This document shows, piece by piece, positions 1 through 14,700 of a stretch of DNA of 64,000 nt (the first letter of the stretch is position 1; the number at the start of each line of letters is the position of its first letter). The stretch covers positions 88,352,001 to 88,416,000 of the forward strand of contig OZ076409.1 in the NCBI GenBank assembly GCA_964187785.1, given 5' to 3'. The notes under the pieces were generated by a model. It did no database searches and had not been told where the DNA came from. It worked only from the letters and a program-made list of their open reading frames with translations. The position numbers and the translations under genes are program-made. Origin of the DNA: Amphiscolops sp. MND2022. Taxonomy: Eukaryota.

Positions 1-568
1 TTGTGGTCATTCGTTGAGTATTTTCCATATACAGCTCAAACGAAATTTTTTATGTGGACAGATCAGTAATGTCAGTAATGGATACCTGTGTTTACAATAA
101 ATTTGCGAGCGTTTTGTCTCAATCTTGCGCTGACTAACTCGTAAGACTAACCAGAGGCGCAGTGGCACTGCATTGTTTTTGTTTCATTAATGGCTTGCGA
201 AAATTCAACATTTCTTGTAACACTCAAAATTGTGACACTTTGATATTTTGAAGTTTTCGTGCTGGTAGGCAATGATGTTCTTGTGAAAAGAAAACTATTA
301 TTGACCGGATACACTGATTTGATCAACTTGAATTTTTCTAACGCTCGAAGATCTTGAAAGTTATCATAGATGAGCGATTCAGCATTCGAAGTATCCTAAC
401 AGCGTTGATAAAACAAACCACATGCGCTAAAGCTTGTGAAAAATATACTTGATGAAGGATGAGAACGTTTACCAAGAGAGGTTACATCTCTATTTTTTGA
501 AAATTTCCTATAAAAAGATGATTTAAAAACTCGAGCTGCGATTTCCAAGCGAAAGTAATGGTGAATTG

Positions 569-1123
569 AACAAGCCGGGAAGGGCATAAGTCGGCGCCAT
601 ATCTAAGGCTCAAAAATAGCAAAAGGACATGAAAGTGTCAAAAACCTAAAAGTGTCAAACGCACGAAAAACCCAAACGACGGAGCTGGCGCGCTAAAAGA
701 GGGATCCTTTCGCATTTTCAACATCCATTGTTGCAAAACATCAAAAAATTGAAGGGTGAAAAAAATTCCGAAAAGTCTCATAATGCCGAAAAAAACTGAA
801 AGGAAAGGGGGACCCTCTGGGATTTTTCAACATCCATTGTGTCGCAAAACATCAAAAAATTGAAAGGGAATTTTTTGAGAAAAAAGTCTCACAATGCCGA
901 AAAAAACTGAAAGGGGGCTCTTTAGTCTCTCCTGGTATGGTATGTTACGCGGAAAAAGAGGAAAACCTTTTTGGTTCAGTTCGCTAGGTCAAATGATTCA
1001 ATTTGGGACCATAAAATTTTTATAACTTTTGTAGAACTATTTTGGTCAGTTCGTGTGGATTGAAAAACAAAAAGAAAAAAGTCACTATAATAGTTGCGTT
1101 TCACTTAATGAAGCGCCGACTAA
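569..1123 (-). mobile_element. Non-autonomous Helentron-like element (HINE/DINE-1 type), family A
   Basis: Subterminal inverted repeats AGTCGGCGC (589) and GCGCCGACT (1113), short terminal hairpin at the 569 end, internal ~110-bp subrepeats, T/A-run flanks and no TSD. Many related copies in the window. Confidence 0.75.
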
Positions 1124-1540
1124 CAAAACGCATCTCAACCGGTGACATTTTTCAGTTTTGAATGCGAAAAACATCAATGAAACAGAATTTTTCGACAAGA
1201 ATTGCCCAAAGTCTTTTTTTCAAAGAAATGAACGCGTAGCATTTATATACTAGGGTAAATCAGTGATCAAAGTTACTAGTTTTGACAAATTTTGAGATAT
1301 GGGCAGTTGAATCTGCCTCTGAAGGGTAGGATGATGTTGCAGATGTAAGTATTATAGCAAACACTAATTTGATTAGTCTAGATGGATTGCTCAAATATCG
1401 GAGCTGTAGTGTAATGATCAGTACATCATGTTGCGACTTGGAATAGATTCGATTCCGTTCAGCTCTAAAATCTTGATTCAGTGTCTAGATAGTTTAGTGG
1501 GTTGCTATAGTATTCTCAAATAAAACTGCACGTTTTTTGT

Positions 1541-4500
1541 TTTATTTTCCACCCATATTTCATAGAATTTATTCCAAGAATATTCCAAGAATTTATTTAT
1601 GTTTAACTTTAAGGGTGTTACCCATAGAATTCAACTCACATAAATTTAGCTTCGTGCGATATGTATTTGTAGAGATTTTTGGAGTTTTTTTTTAAATGAC
1701 GAAATGACCCCGAAAATGACAAAAATTCCCAAATTTCTCAATTTTTTAACGTTTTTATGCAATTTTTGTCATTTTCTAATTTTAAACAATTTTGAGCAAT
1801 TTTTGTCAAATTTTCGACAACTTCGTTAATTAAAATGTTGAGAACGCTCAACATGGCACGCATTTGCTGTCCGGTAGGCTTTTCAGAAAAGATAATTGCT
1901 TTTTTCCAAATGAAAAAGGTCTCAAATTGATACCGAAAATAACAAAAAAAACCTAAAACTTTCCATTTTTCAAATTTTTAAATGCATTTTTGTCAAATTT
2001 TCGACAGACTTCGAAGATTAGAATGTTGAGAAGCGTCAGCAAGGAAAACGTATTAGTCCAGTAGGCTTTTCTAAAGAATATTTTACAGTTTTCTAAAAAA
2101 AAAATTCTCAAATTTGCCCCGAAAAAAACTCCAAAATTTCTCAATTTTTACAGTTTTCATGCGTTTTTTGTCAATTTTTTGATAAACATCGCAAATTAGA
2201 ATGTTGCAAACGTTCAACAAGGCACGATGTTGTTGTCCAATAGTTTTCTAGGAAGAGATAAATGCGGTTTTGTCAGAGAAAATTGACCCAATAAATGACC
2301 AAAATTCCAAAAATTTCCCGATTTTTAACGATTTTATTCAATTTTGTCGAATTTTAGTAGGACTTCGTTGATTAGAATGTTGAAAACGGTCAAAGTGGCC
2401 CGTATTAGCTGTCCAGTAGGCTTTTCCGAAAATATTTTTTTTTCTAAATGAAAAAGGTCTCAAATTGAAACCGAAAGTGACAAAAAACTCAAAACTTTCT
2501 ATTTTTCGAATTTTTAATGCAATTTTTGTCACATTTTCGACAGACTCCGTAGATCAGAATGTTGCGAAGCGTAAGCAAGGAACAGTATTGGTCCAAAAAG
2601 TTTTTCCGAAGAAATTAATGCAGTTTTCTAGATGAACAAAATCTCAAGTTGGCACCAAAAACGACAAAAAACCCAAAATTTTCCTATTTTCAATGTTTTT
2701 ATGCAATTTCTGTCACGATTTCGACAAACTCCCTAAATTGGAATAATGAAAACGTTCACCAAGGTAGCCGTTTGTTGTCCGGTAGTCTTTAAGGATGAGA
2801 TAGTTTCAGTTTTTTGAATGAAAAAGTCTCAACTTGACACCGAAATTGACGAAAATCCCAAAATTTTTCAATTTTCAAAGTTTTATGCAGTTTTTCTTGA
2901 AAATTTTCAACAAACTCCGGAGATTGGAATGTTGGAAAGGGTCAACAAGGAACAAATGTTCTCCCGTATGCTTAGTGGAACGATAAATGCAGCTTTTCAA
3001 ATGAAAAATGTCTGGAATTGACATCGAAAAAGGAAAAACTTCAAAATTTTCTATTTTCATTTTTCTTCAATTATTGCCAAACTATCGATAGACTTTGTGA
3101 ACTAGAATGTTGAAACCCCTAAACAATGAGAAAGTTGTTGTCTCTGTAAGCTTTCGACAACAGATAAGAACAATTTCTAATTCAAAAGTGCTTGAAATGG
3201 ACCTTGAAGTAGTCGAAAAATTCGACGATTTTGTCGTTTTTGATGCAATTTCCGTACAATTCCCGAAAGTGTTCGTTATTAGTTCCATAACGCTCAACAA
3301 CGAAAGAACGAGCTATGCAATACATTTTTTGAAGAGAACGTTGCAGCGTTTTGCTTCAAAAACACCTTTTTTTTTGCTTTCAACATCATCGTTTTTAAGC
3401 AACCCATGTCTACATTTTGAAGCGTTTTGGATTCAGAACGATGGCAAAGGTTCAACAAGGATTGAACGCTTATTTCAGTCGGCCTACAGAGAAATATTTG
3501 CAGACTTCGGTTCAAAAATGGCTCAAACCTGACCGCAAAAAGTCGAAAAAGTCAGTTTTGCTGATTTCTGACAATTTCAGTGAATTTTTTTGAGATTGGA
3601 AAATTATATGAAAGCTCCGAATAGCTCTAGATGATTAAACTAGATCCACAGCACGTTTTCAAAGAGAAATTTACATCTTTTGTGCCAGAGAGTTTCCTCA
3701 GAAAGACCCAAATAATGCAAAAGAAAATTTTCAAATTGTTTTTTGTACAATTATTGAGTGGCATAAAAAAATTTTAAGGATTCAACCATGTCAACAAGGG
3801 TTAATCCTGGTATCCAGTGGCTATTTTGAAGATATATTTGCAATTTTTGGTTGGAATTGGTCTCAAAACACCCCAAAATCCATTCAACAGCAAAAACGCA
3901 CGTTTTTTGACGAATTATTCTTAATTCTTGTCCAACCAAGAACAATTTTGTAGAGTAGAACTTCCATTGACCCGAGCGTTGAAACAAAAGGGTATTCACA
4001 ACGCAGTTTGGGGGAAACGTAGGATGAAGTTAGTCGAGTTTAGAACAGAGTTGTCAAAAGTTCCAATTTTCCTCACTTTTCGACAACATAGTCCCAATTC
4101 TGGACCATTTCCGAAATCTTACCTCAATCAGAAAACCCATGGGCTCAGGATTGAAACGTTTAGCTACCGGTAGTGTTTCAAAAAGATCTCAGACAAGTGT
4201 CTTTGCTCAAGTTTCAAAAACTTTACTTGAAAACGTATACTTCGACCTTAATTGTCAAGTATTGAATTTTCAATAAGCTTCAAGCAAAAACAATAGCTAT
4301 GGAGAACACCTTCCAAAGGAAAATGTTTCAAGGTATATCGTGGGTTAGAATGGTGTAAGCAATGAACAACAACTAAACTCGGTGTCCAGTAGGCCTATTT
4401 GTGAAAAGACATCTGTAGATTCATGTTAAAAAAGTTCTTCAAATTGATCCCAAAGTTGTCAGAAAAATTTTCAATTTTTGACACTGATGGAACTATGTGC

Positions 4501-5188
4501 AAAAATATAACAACCAGACCGCTCAAGTTCCTTAAACTTGCAAATGACCTAGTTTCAAGCCTAAACCATTTTCTCAGGGCCAAAAATAATCCCAATATAT
4601 ACTCCTGAGATTGGAAACCACTTTTTTCCCAACAAGATTTTCAGAACGCCATATTTTTGATTTTTTTGGGTAAAATCCTATGAAGGCGGAACAAGTTTCA
4701 GCTCACAAACTACCTTTTTGATGCCGAAATCAGCTATGAAATCAAGGGGGTACCCTTTGACCAAATGAAAATTTCGGGAAGAGGCACGGAGCCGAAAAAA
4801 ACTGAAATGATGTATTTTTAACAGTCAATAAGAGACTTCATCAGTTCCACGTGATTAAAAGTAACGGAAAGGTCACCCGTAAGACTCGGGAAACTTATTT
4901 CTTTCACAGAAAATCTCAAAAACTAAAAATTGCAAAAAAAATTCGAAAATAAAATGAAAAATTTTACTCGGTAAGTCGCATAGTGTCGAAATTACGTAAA
5001 CTGGCCAGCTATCGCAGAAATACTAAAATAAAGTTGTTTCCTTCACAACTGGGCAAAGATAAATCGAAGCTTCCTTTTCGAACTTCTTAGCGTTTTTATA
5101 GTGCATTAGTTATCCTTGAGCCTCAAATTTATGTAGTTGTAGAACAGTTCGGGCGGAAAATATCTCGCTGCTCAGCGGGCGTCTTGTT
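1541..5188 (+). mobile_element. Helentron-like non-autonomous element, family B, with ~8 internal ~180-bp tandem units
   Basis: 5' TATTTTCCACCC, 3' GGGCGGAAAATA followed by hairpin CTCGCTG-CT-CAGCGGG and CGTCTTGTT. Homologous to 17461-19432 and 33551-35567. Confidence 0.7.
1700..3280 (+). repeat. Degenerate ~180-bp tandem repeat array inside the family B element
   Basis: GAATGTTG-type motif recurs at about 1834, 2021, 2199, 2376, 2557, 2741, 2927 and 3105. Confidence 0.85.
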
Positions 5189-5565
5189 TTAATCTTTCGA
5201 GTATTTGGTTCAAATATGTTCTATCGATCGGTTTATAATCTGAACTATTAGAACATATCCGGAACTCACTGTACATTGAAAAATGCAGATTGGGTAAGCT
5301 AAAAGCCATAGTAGATCCTTGTAAAATTATTCAACGCTGTCTTCTTGGCTCAATCGGATTCTGAATTTGTAATGAAAATGTCAACAAGATACCGCTTGTC
5401 TTCTCTAGTACTTCTGTGTTAACACAAATAACCTACGACAGTAATTACCTATAAAGGTTATTTTTGTCCATCTGTTTTTTTTCAGAACGCATGAAATGTG
5501 ATGCAGGGCCATTTCGGGCATCAACGACGAATATATGAAGCTTATTCTATGTTCTGTTAACCATT

Positions 5566-5754
5566 ATGTCTTGGTTCTCACGATCCAACATAACTTCTTT
5601 GACTGGACAATTCACTGAGCAACTGTCTAGCTTCACAAGAGATGTTCTCACGGAAGAAGATGCTGCTGCAATTCGGGAGCCTGCCTGTGACTTGGCTGAA
5701 GCACATCGGAGAATAGAAGAATTAGAGAAAACTGCAGCCAAGTTACGCGAAGAG
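5566..5754 (+). CDS. TRIP11: TRIP11-like coding exon 1 (N-terminal vesicle-capture motif)
   Basis: ATG at 5566, donor GAG|gtctgt. A possible 5'UTR intron ends at ttttcag 5484. Confidence 0.85.
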
Positions 5755-8700
5755 GTCTGTAGTGTTGAATATTGCCGGGCTTTCTCCAAAACTTAGGAGT
5801 TAATGAGACCCATTACATGACAAAGGGTCCTCATAGGTTTATTTTTACTCATGCAATCAATTTTCTTGGGCAAAGTTTGATTTCAATTTCGATTTGATAT
5901 TTAATTTGCTAATCATAGTGAGTTTCAGAATAGCTCAAATTGGCGCTGAAGTTTCGGATGGAATAAATTCAAGATAATCTTTCAGGGTTCATTTTCGTTT
6001 GTCTCATTGCTATAATCGATTTTTTCATATAAAAAGGGTAACTTTTTCGTTTACTATTTACTGAAATTTTAAAAACCTGATTTGAATAACTGCGTCACCG
6101 GGGACATAAGGTGCGGTGACAATAACTGCGTCACCGTCAAAAATATCTCAACTCTTGTGAACTTGATGTCATTTTATAACCCGTGGTGATTGCTTCACCA
6201 ATCATAAGGTTCACATGAATTTTAATGTACAGAATGTGTTTACTGATAACCAAAATCGACTGTCCAATTTAAAGAGACTTCATGCCTGGTCACAAGGCTC
6301 AATCTTACATCGTGTGATTTAGTGATGAAAAATAACTCATGATTATCTTGAAACTTTAAATGTGTGACTGCAGATCCATAGGGAATAGACGAGGAGTTGA
6401 TTTACTTAAAGAAAAAATGAAGGATGAACAGAAGATTTCAATTCAAACAATGTTGAGTGTAGAGATATGAAAGCATGCAATTTATCAGTCATAGTTTAAC
6501 AGAAAAGTACTGCTTAAACTTGGCATCAGCCTGTTCGCCGTATTTAGTCTTCGTTTTCCGGTAAGTGACCTTCACTTGACGGATGTATAATCCTGCGATG
6601 ATCGAAACAGTGATTATCATGGCACCATAGGCAACTGCAATAATCATATCTAACGATGTGAAAACTTCTTGTTCCGAAGCCTTGAGTTTGGTAATACCCA
6701 ATTAGGAACAAAATGCCTACAGGTATTTCCATATAACCATTCGACAAATTGCGGAAATGTCTGTTTTAGGCATGTTAGGACGCATTTCATTTTTTTTTCG
6801 TTTTCTAAGTTGAAAAAGTCTTTTTAAGGCTGAATTCTACCCCTTTAATTTTTGGCGATGTGAGATTTTTCTGAATTTTTAAACAACTAAGCATCTTTAA
6901 AAGAATGGTCCATTTTTAGTTTTCAGCGAGGCTGTTTTTTGTGCCGTTCCCGGCTTGTTAGCTTGAAGTTCTTGCGTATTTATTGGGAGGAGGTAAGAGG
7001 TGGTAGAATTGGTAAATTTCAGAATATGGGTATTCCAAATACATCTGTCTCAGTAGTGGTCATCTGCACGTGAGAAAAGATTTGACTCCAACTACTACTA
7101 CTCGCATATTTATTTCAAAAGTTGATGGAAAATGAGAGAAAATCCATATTTGACATCTATTTTTGAGTGAAAAATCCGCGGAGTATTTGTTTGCAAGACT
7201 TGGATACCTTGCATGAACTTTGATTCCCGCAAAAATCAATCAATTCTTCGAAAAAAATGAAAGAAACTGAAAATTTGGATTCATGGTTGGCGTCTTCACA
7301 TGCGTGTTTTAACAATATTGACAATAAGTCAAAACTTTTGGGTAGACACAACAATTGAATAAGCTGGTAATAGAATACAGACAACCGTTTTGTCCTTGAA
7401 TGTTGAAATCTATATTTGCTGTTCGTTTTACCTACGTGAAAATTGGGAGATTCAGCGAAAAGCTAAGACAGCCTGGTCTCGCTTTTTTTGAGAGAAATGG
7501 AAACGAAATTAAACATCAATTTCTGATGTATATTATCTTTTTTTCCCGACCTATCCATTTGAGTCTGTTTTTCAACAGGCTATTTTGTAGGACAGAACTT
7601 TGCCGATAAGTATAAATAACGGTTGTCCGTTTTGTACTCTGATCAAATCTGCCTTGGTAGCTATTCGTTCAAACTCTTTCATGCAACTCTCTAAGATTTA
7701 AGGAACGAACGTTAAGGCCATGATTTTTAGCTGATGTGAAATTTTTGATATCACGTGGTTGTTCATGCTTTTCATTTTAATCTCACGATTGTATTCAGGT
7801 TTGAGCATGAAACTACCTCGTGAAAACTTTATTGAAAGATAAATTTCTTGGATCAGCTTGAAAGCGTGCTTTCGAAGTTTTGAACGCTTCAATGCTATCC
7901 AGCTTTTGATATTTCGCAGCCGTTTCAACTGTCGTCTGATTTTTTCTAATTGTTTTGGTAACATTTGTTTCTTAGATTCCAAGACTTCTGATTCCATTCT
8001 GGCTGTGCCATTCAGGAGCACAAGTGTCGTTTTATCCCACGTTTTATATAGCTTTTCCTCAAAACTTGGACTGCAATTAGGAATTTGCCTCTCTAATATT
8101 GAAATCATCGGACATTTGTGGCTAATTCATAGTGTATATCAACAAACGTAACATTCAATAAAATAAATTATTTGGATACTCGATGAAAAGCGAAGATTTC
8201 GAAAATTTCTCAGATGTGACGAAACATCGATTTTCGTTCAAGTCAAATAAATTTGCGCCATTTGTCTTTTTGATGTCAAATATGGTAATTGAATGGCTTA
8301 AATTGACAGCAATGATATTGAGATATTGAGAAAGCCTCCAGCTAAAATTGAGGGAGTTTTCCAAACAGTTGAAAAGTTGCTATTCGAACTACTGGTAGAC
8401 GGGAATTTTTTGGAAGCTACGTCGTTTTGATGATTCGATTCGATAACTCCACCTTCAAATTTGCATTACCGCTCGTTTTTTACCCAAAACAGTTTCCCTG
8501 ATGCATATTCTTGTGCCGGTGGTCTCCGCATTATAATTTTGAAACGTGAAAAGAAGTGCATTGTCCATCATTTTCAATTTCTAAAAACTTTCGTGCAATG
8601 CCAGGGACATTCTCGCAATGCAGTTATTTCTCGGTAGTTCTTAACTTCCGATTCTCTTAAATCCCAGGCGGACCCTCTACAAAACGCAGAACGATCACGC

Positions 8701-11700
8701 CAAGTCATGCCACGATTCGTATAACGATTGGCGTAACGTAGTAAAATCATACTGCGAAACGCATGGTAGAGTTCGTATTCTGTGCCCGCAGCGCACGCCA
8801 GCAGCGTAAAAATCAATGCCATTTCAAGACTACTTTAGACTATTACGCTGCAAAGTAGCAGTATGATTTGTAAACCAATCTATTAGGAAAGCCGGTTTTC
8901 AAACTGTCTAGTCGAAGGTATTACGCATTGAAAGGCTCGAATAATGCGCTGAATGTTTGTAAGTGACAGTTCCGTACTCTCAAGTACCGAATTTCGAATT
9001 AAAATTTCCGATTGTATCTCCATTTTTGGGGTTTTCCTAGTAAATATGATTCATGATCAATGTGTGCCCGAAGTTACTAGAAATGAAATAGCAAAACTAG
9101 AAGGTGCCTTGGAAAATTCAGCGAAATGAATATTTTGTTACATATTTGCCAGACTTTAATATTAACTGTAACAGAAATTAACAAAGACGAGAACGTCTCA
9201 AGTCGGCACTATATCTAAGGCTCAGAAAGCGCAGTTTTTAAAATATGCGTAGGACGTCTTCGTGAAAAACTCCTGTTTTCGAACATCCGCCTCCCCCTTA
9301 ATAAAACGCAATATAGTTCGTAAATAACTTCAAAAGTTCGGATATAGCGCTTTACTTCGGATATTATGAGGGGGACTTCAATAAAATCGAAGGGGCGGAC
9401 CCTTCGGAGACAAAAAAAATCGGAAAAGTTTAATAAATAAAAAAATGAAAGGGGGACCCTTTGCACTAACTTGGATGCGTTTCCCAGGAATTCGTTTACC
9501 TAAACAAGCTGAACAACAATTTCGTCGCATTCGAGACTGTCTTAGAGAAAAGAACGAGTGACTGTAATAATTGGGCTCTTTTATTCTCAAAGTGCCGACT
9601 AAAAACTGGCATTTTGTAGTACGTATCGTAGTATGAGGTCCATGATTGATACGATGGTACCACGATAAGCGTTTTAGTGCTGAGTGTCAACCTGGAATAC
9701 GGTTTCTGTATGTTGTCATCAAGCTCTTAATTTTGATCGCCTCTTGATCACCGATCGACCCTCGCAGTTACTTAAAGTTGACTGGAATTGTTGAATACCG
9801 GTTTCCACCGGCTATTGACGTTACTCCTCGTGCTAATATTTCTACACCAGCTGAAATAATATAGAAATCAACCACGCTTGTTTTTTTCTGACTTCTATCG
9901 ATTCGCTTTCGTCGCCAATTTTGACAGCAGTGTGGCAGCGCAACTAATGTTTAGCTAGTTTATTTGATTCTCGTAGCAGCGAGGCAAGGCTTTTATTGAG
10001 ATGAAGCGAACGAGTAGTGCGAAGCATTGCTTTGCGCCTGTGTGGAATTCTGAATTTCTTTCATTAACTATCGAGTCAAGTATGGTCAACTACTCGAAAA
10101 CTAAAATCAACTGAAGGAAGCTTAGTTGGCGTGTGTTTTCGTGGTTTGATTCTCGAACGAAAGTGAAGGACAATCATCACGTGAGATAAGAAGCAGAAGA
10201 TTTCAACTTATTGTACCAAGCTAGTCGGTTCAATTTGGACTTTCAGTATTTGTCCGAACCTGAATTTGAAGTTCTCAAGTCAAAGTTTGAACAGAATACA
10301 GCTGTACGTGTTTTGAGACAAGTTGATATGGAAAACTTAAAATTCTCCTCTCCAATAGCACTCTTTAAGTTTTTGTGGTTCGAAATGAATATAAAATTTT
10401 AGGCATATTTTGAGAAGTTACCATTCTATAGAAGAGAAATCACGGTCGGTCCCCGTGAGTATTAGTGATATAATGATGTATATGTTTTGAAGATGCCGAT
10501 CTAGTTTTCCAGAAACAAATCGGATGTTTTTGCGCATCAACCAACTGCGGAATTGAAGACAAGACTATAATTGAATGTTGTTGAGAAAGCTCGGTTTAGT
10601 TATGAATGCAATTTTGTTTCAGACGATCAGATACAAAAGAGCTGCTATCGAGAATGAAGACCGAGCAAAAGTTGCGGAGATCCAAGTGGAACGGTTGCAC
10701 TGTGATAACAATTCTGTTGAGAAGGATCGAAGAATTGAAGATCTGCAACGCCAGCTCGAAGAGTTTCAACAGTCAATTGAATCAAGATCCCGGGGAGACA
10801 CCTTCGACTCCCAAACCGATTGGAACGACTTCGGCTGGAATGAATCCGAATCTGGGCAGTCAGCAGTTCTTCAAGTACCTTCTGAAAATTCAAATTTGAA
10901 ACAGCTAGAACAAGAGAACATCAAGCTCACGGAAGAAATAGAAACTCTAAAGGAGGATTATTTGAGTGAAATCAGCGAGTTGAAACAGGAGCTAGCAATC
11001 TATAAAAATAAAATTTCAAAAGTTGAAACATTTGATTTTTCCTGTCAGTTCTCGGATTCTGGCGATGAATCGATCCCCGAACATCCCGAAAACTGTTCGA
11101 GGGAAAGCCAGACTGAACATTTCATCATTCCAGACTTCGATCCTAACGAATACATTTCTTTGGAGAATTACTCGTGCAATTTAATAAAACGACATTTACC
11201 CAAGTTGTCGGCTGCCCTAGATAACCTGTTGACTGAAAATGTCAGTCTCAAAGAATCGCTCAGTCACATATCTCTTGAACTGGAGAGACAGACAGTGCGC
11301 AGTGAAGGCAGTGGCGCTGATTCCAATGGCAGTTGGCACCTCGTGGCTTCCAAACATTCAAACCTATGCAGTTCACCTCCCATTGGTTCGTTTAGTGAAC
11401 TTTTCCCTACTAGAGTGAACTCTATTTGAAATTCGAGGGGAAAATAAACAAAAATAATTCATTTTTGCTATGTTTTGAAGTAGACATTTTCAGCGGAGCC
11501 AATTGATGAACTGACAAATATTTGAATTCCACCGATGTTCGTTTAAACAAGCCGGGAACGGCATAAGTCGGCGCTATATCTAAGGCTCAAAAAAGCGAAA
11601 GGAGTTCAAAGTGTTAAGTATTCTCTTTTACAGTACCCGAAAAACCCAAAAGTTGGACTGAATTGGCGCGCTAAAAGAGGACCATTTCGGATTTTTTAAC

Positions 11701-14700
11701 ATCCATTCTGTTGCAAAAGATCAAAAAAACTGAAGGAGGACCCTTTAAAGTCATTAAATTTTTTTCGAAAAAAAGTCTCACAATGCCGAAAAACTGGAAG
11801 GGGACACCCTTTAGTCTCGACCGGTATTGTATGTTACGCGAGAAAAAAGGAAAAACCTTTTTGGTTGTTGCCTAGGCCAAATGGTTCAATTTGATACCAT
11901 AAAATTTTGTAGAACTACTTTGGTCAGTTCGTGTGGATTGAAAAAAATCACTAGTATAGTCGCGTTTCACTTCATGAAGCGCCGACTAAGAACACTTTGG
12001 AAGTACTCCATTTCAGTATTCTATTTCCCTTTGTCAAGATTTTGTTTTGAAAAATTACTATTTGAAAAAGTTATTGCTATCCTCGCATCTAATGTGAGCC
12101 TTTGGGTCTGTTTCAGGCGGCAGTAAACCCGAATCCCCAGACGGAAGTCGCATTGAACAGCAACAGAGCGACACATATCTTGCCCATACTATAGAGCTCT
12201 GTACCTTCAACATCAGTGAGGTAATTTTGATTTTCACCCTTCAATATAGTGACAAATTATGATACTATATGAGGCCTCAAATTATATATGTCACCAAATC
12301 AAGTACAGTTTCCCTAAGTGAGTTCTACTGAAAAAAAGCGCCCGTACAGCCGGATATTGGGTTTTGTCCCAATCTCGTTTCTCTTCGTACTTTTAGATGA
12401 TTACTTTTTGATTATTATTACTTTTTAAGAAGATGATTACAATTTGAGATTAAACGCAGCATTTTCTTACCTACATCTTTTGACTGATAATCACAAATGT
12501 TTGGTGATTACTTGTGAATGCGCTGTTGTACGAAAGCTCAAACTTGAAAGTTCAAAAATTGGAGTAAACATAATCGTTTCGGCATTTTTGTTTTTGAGCT
12601 TTTTTCAAGAAAGTAAGAATTATGGGCGGAAAATAAGAACAGCCCTAGTCGGCGCGTGTCTTACTTGAAGCTACAAAAACAAAAGCCTTAAAGTCCTTCC
12701 AAATCAGCAAAGGTGTTTTTGGGGAATTCTCAGTGCGAAAAAAATGAATGATATTTGTGGCTGGTGGTCTTGGTCCACCTCAAAACATCGAAAAATCTAC
12801 ATGGGCGCCCTTTGGCCTTATAGTTCTGTTGTAATTCACGTGAAATTCAAAAATAACAAAAAAGCAAACCTCTTTAATCCGCTGTAAAGCGGACTTTAGT
12901 GAAAACAAACAGTCGACCTTTCATTGTGAGGTCTGGACAAGAAAACTAGCCGCTCTAAGAGTCGGGAACTTTTTGTCCAAAAACACCTACAAAAAGCAAA
13001 GGCGTGTCATTATTGATTTTTGCAATGCTGTCTGTTTCAGTTGTGGCTTAATTCAACATGTGCCAAGTCTTTAAGTGAAGGAGGAATCAATGTCGACATT
13101 CTGAGAAAAGCTGCCGAAGATCTTCAAGTTTTCAACTTCATCGGCCTAGCAGTAAAACTAGCTTCCAACAAGGAAGAATTGCAGCATGCATTATCAAAGA
13201 TCCAAGAAGAATATGGCGCTTTAAGTAACAAATTAGAGGTTAGTAAATTATCCTTTTGTTCTCGGATGTCATTTTTAGTCGTGGCTTTTAGAATGAAAGA
13301 GCCAGACCATTACTGTCACTCGTTTTATTTTTTTAAAGAGAGGTGCGAATGCGACGTAATTCTAAATTTTGTGTTCACTTTGTTCAGCTAAACGAATATA
13401 TCGAAAACGCATCTATGTTAGTGCAAAGGGTCACCCTTTTGATTCTTTTGGCACTGTGGGACATTTTCTCCGAAAATTTTCAAATGTCTCCAAAGGGTCT
13501 CCCTCAATTTTTTGATATTTTGCAACAGAATGGATATTAAAAAATCCCAAAGGATCCTCTTACATTTTTCGGCCGATGAGATCCTTCAAAATTTCATTTT
13601 TCGTTTGATTTTAGGTTTTCTTAATATATATCCACCAAAAATTTTTCAATATTATCCGAATTTTTGACGTTGTATCCGAACTATATAACACTTCAATAAA
13701 TAGGAGGCCGATGTTCGGAAAAAGCGCTCCCATGTGGCCCAGCTTGCTATATCCGAAACTTTGAAGCATTTTCCGAGCACGAAATACACCCTTTGGGTGT
13801 TTCGACACTTTTTATGTGAGTTTTTCATTTTAAAAAGTCCAAAATATAATTCGCGCTTTCTGAGCCTTAAGTGGGAACCGACTTGAGACGTTCCCGTCTT
13901 TTTAAGGTTTCTTCATTTTCCACCATTCTGCAAGTTAAAATCCATTCTTCGTTTTTCTAGCAAGTGGCCAATATAAATGACACGGAAACGGACGCTTCGA
14001 TATTACGAGAACAAAACCAATGCCTTCAAAGAAGATTGGAAGAAGTTGGCAGGGCTCTGGAAAAGGCCGACCAACAATTAGAAAAAATTGAGAATCACCA
14101 AGCAGGAAACTTTTTCGGAGACTTTGAACTGCCCATCGCTCTGAATGACGATGAACTGGACAGTTTGAAAACGGAATTATCTGAGACCAAGGAGCTTCTA
14201 CAAGAATCTCTACATTCCAATAAAACCATGGCTGAGATCCTGGAAGACCAGAAGGAACACATCGAGGAGTTGCAATCTGAGAAGAAGAGTTTGATGAAAG
14301 AGCAAGAAGATTCAAAGGATTTGACAAAGGAGTTGACCATGCAGTTACAAAGCTTAAACGCGGAACTGGAGCAAAGACCCATGTCTCGCGAAAAAGAAGA
14401 TGACCATAATAATAATATAAATGATGGTGTTTCCGAATCTCAGTTGAGTCTGATTACCAGTATGCAGACAGAAATAGCGACATTAAAAAAGAAATTGTCC
14501 AAGTTCTCTGAAAGCGATTCGGATGTGGGCTCTCGAGATAGCAGTCCCGTCAAGTTTTTCCTGGGAGGTGACGAGAGGTCTCACGTTGAGAAAGCTCTTC
14601 TTGACAAAGAGGAAGTAATTCTGAAACTGACACGAGAAGTCGAAAGTCTGAAAGCCTCATTGACTTCGTTGTCAAATGAAGATAATACGAGAATTGAAAC

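Noticed and set aside
1700..3280. CRISPR-like array
   Set aside because: Whole ~180-bp units are homologous, with no unique spacers, no cas genes and a eukaryotic context.
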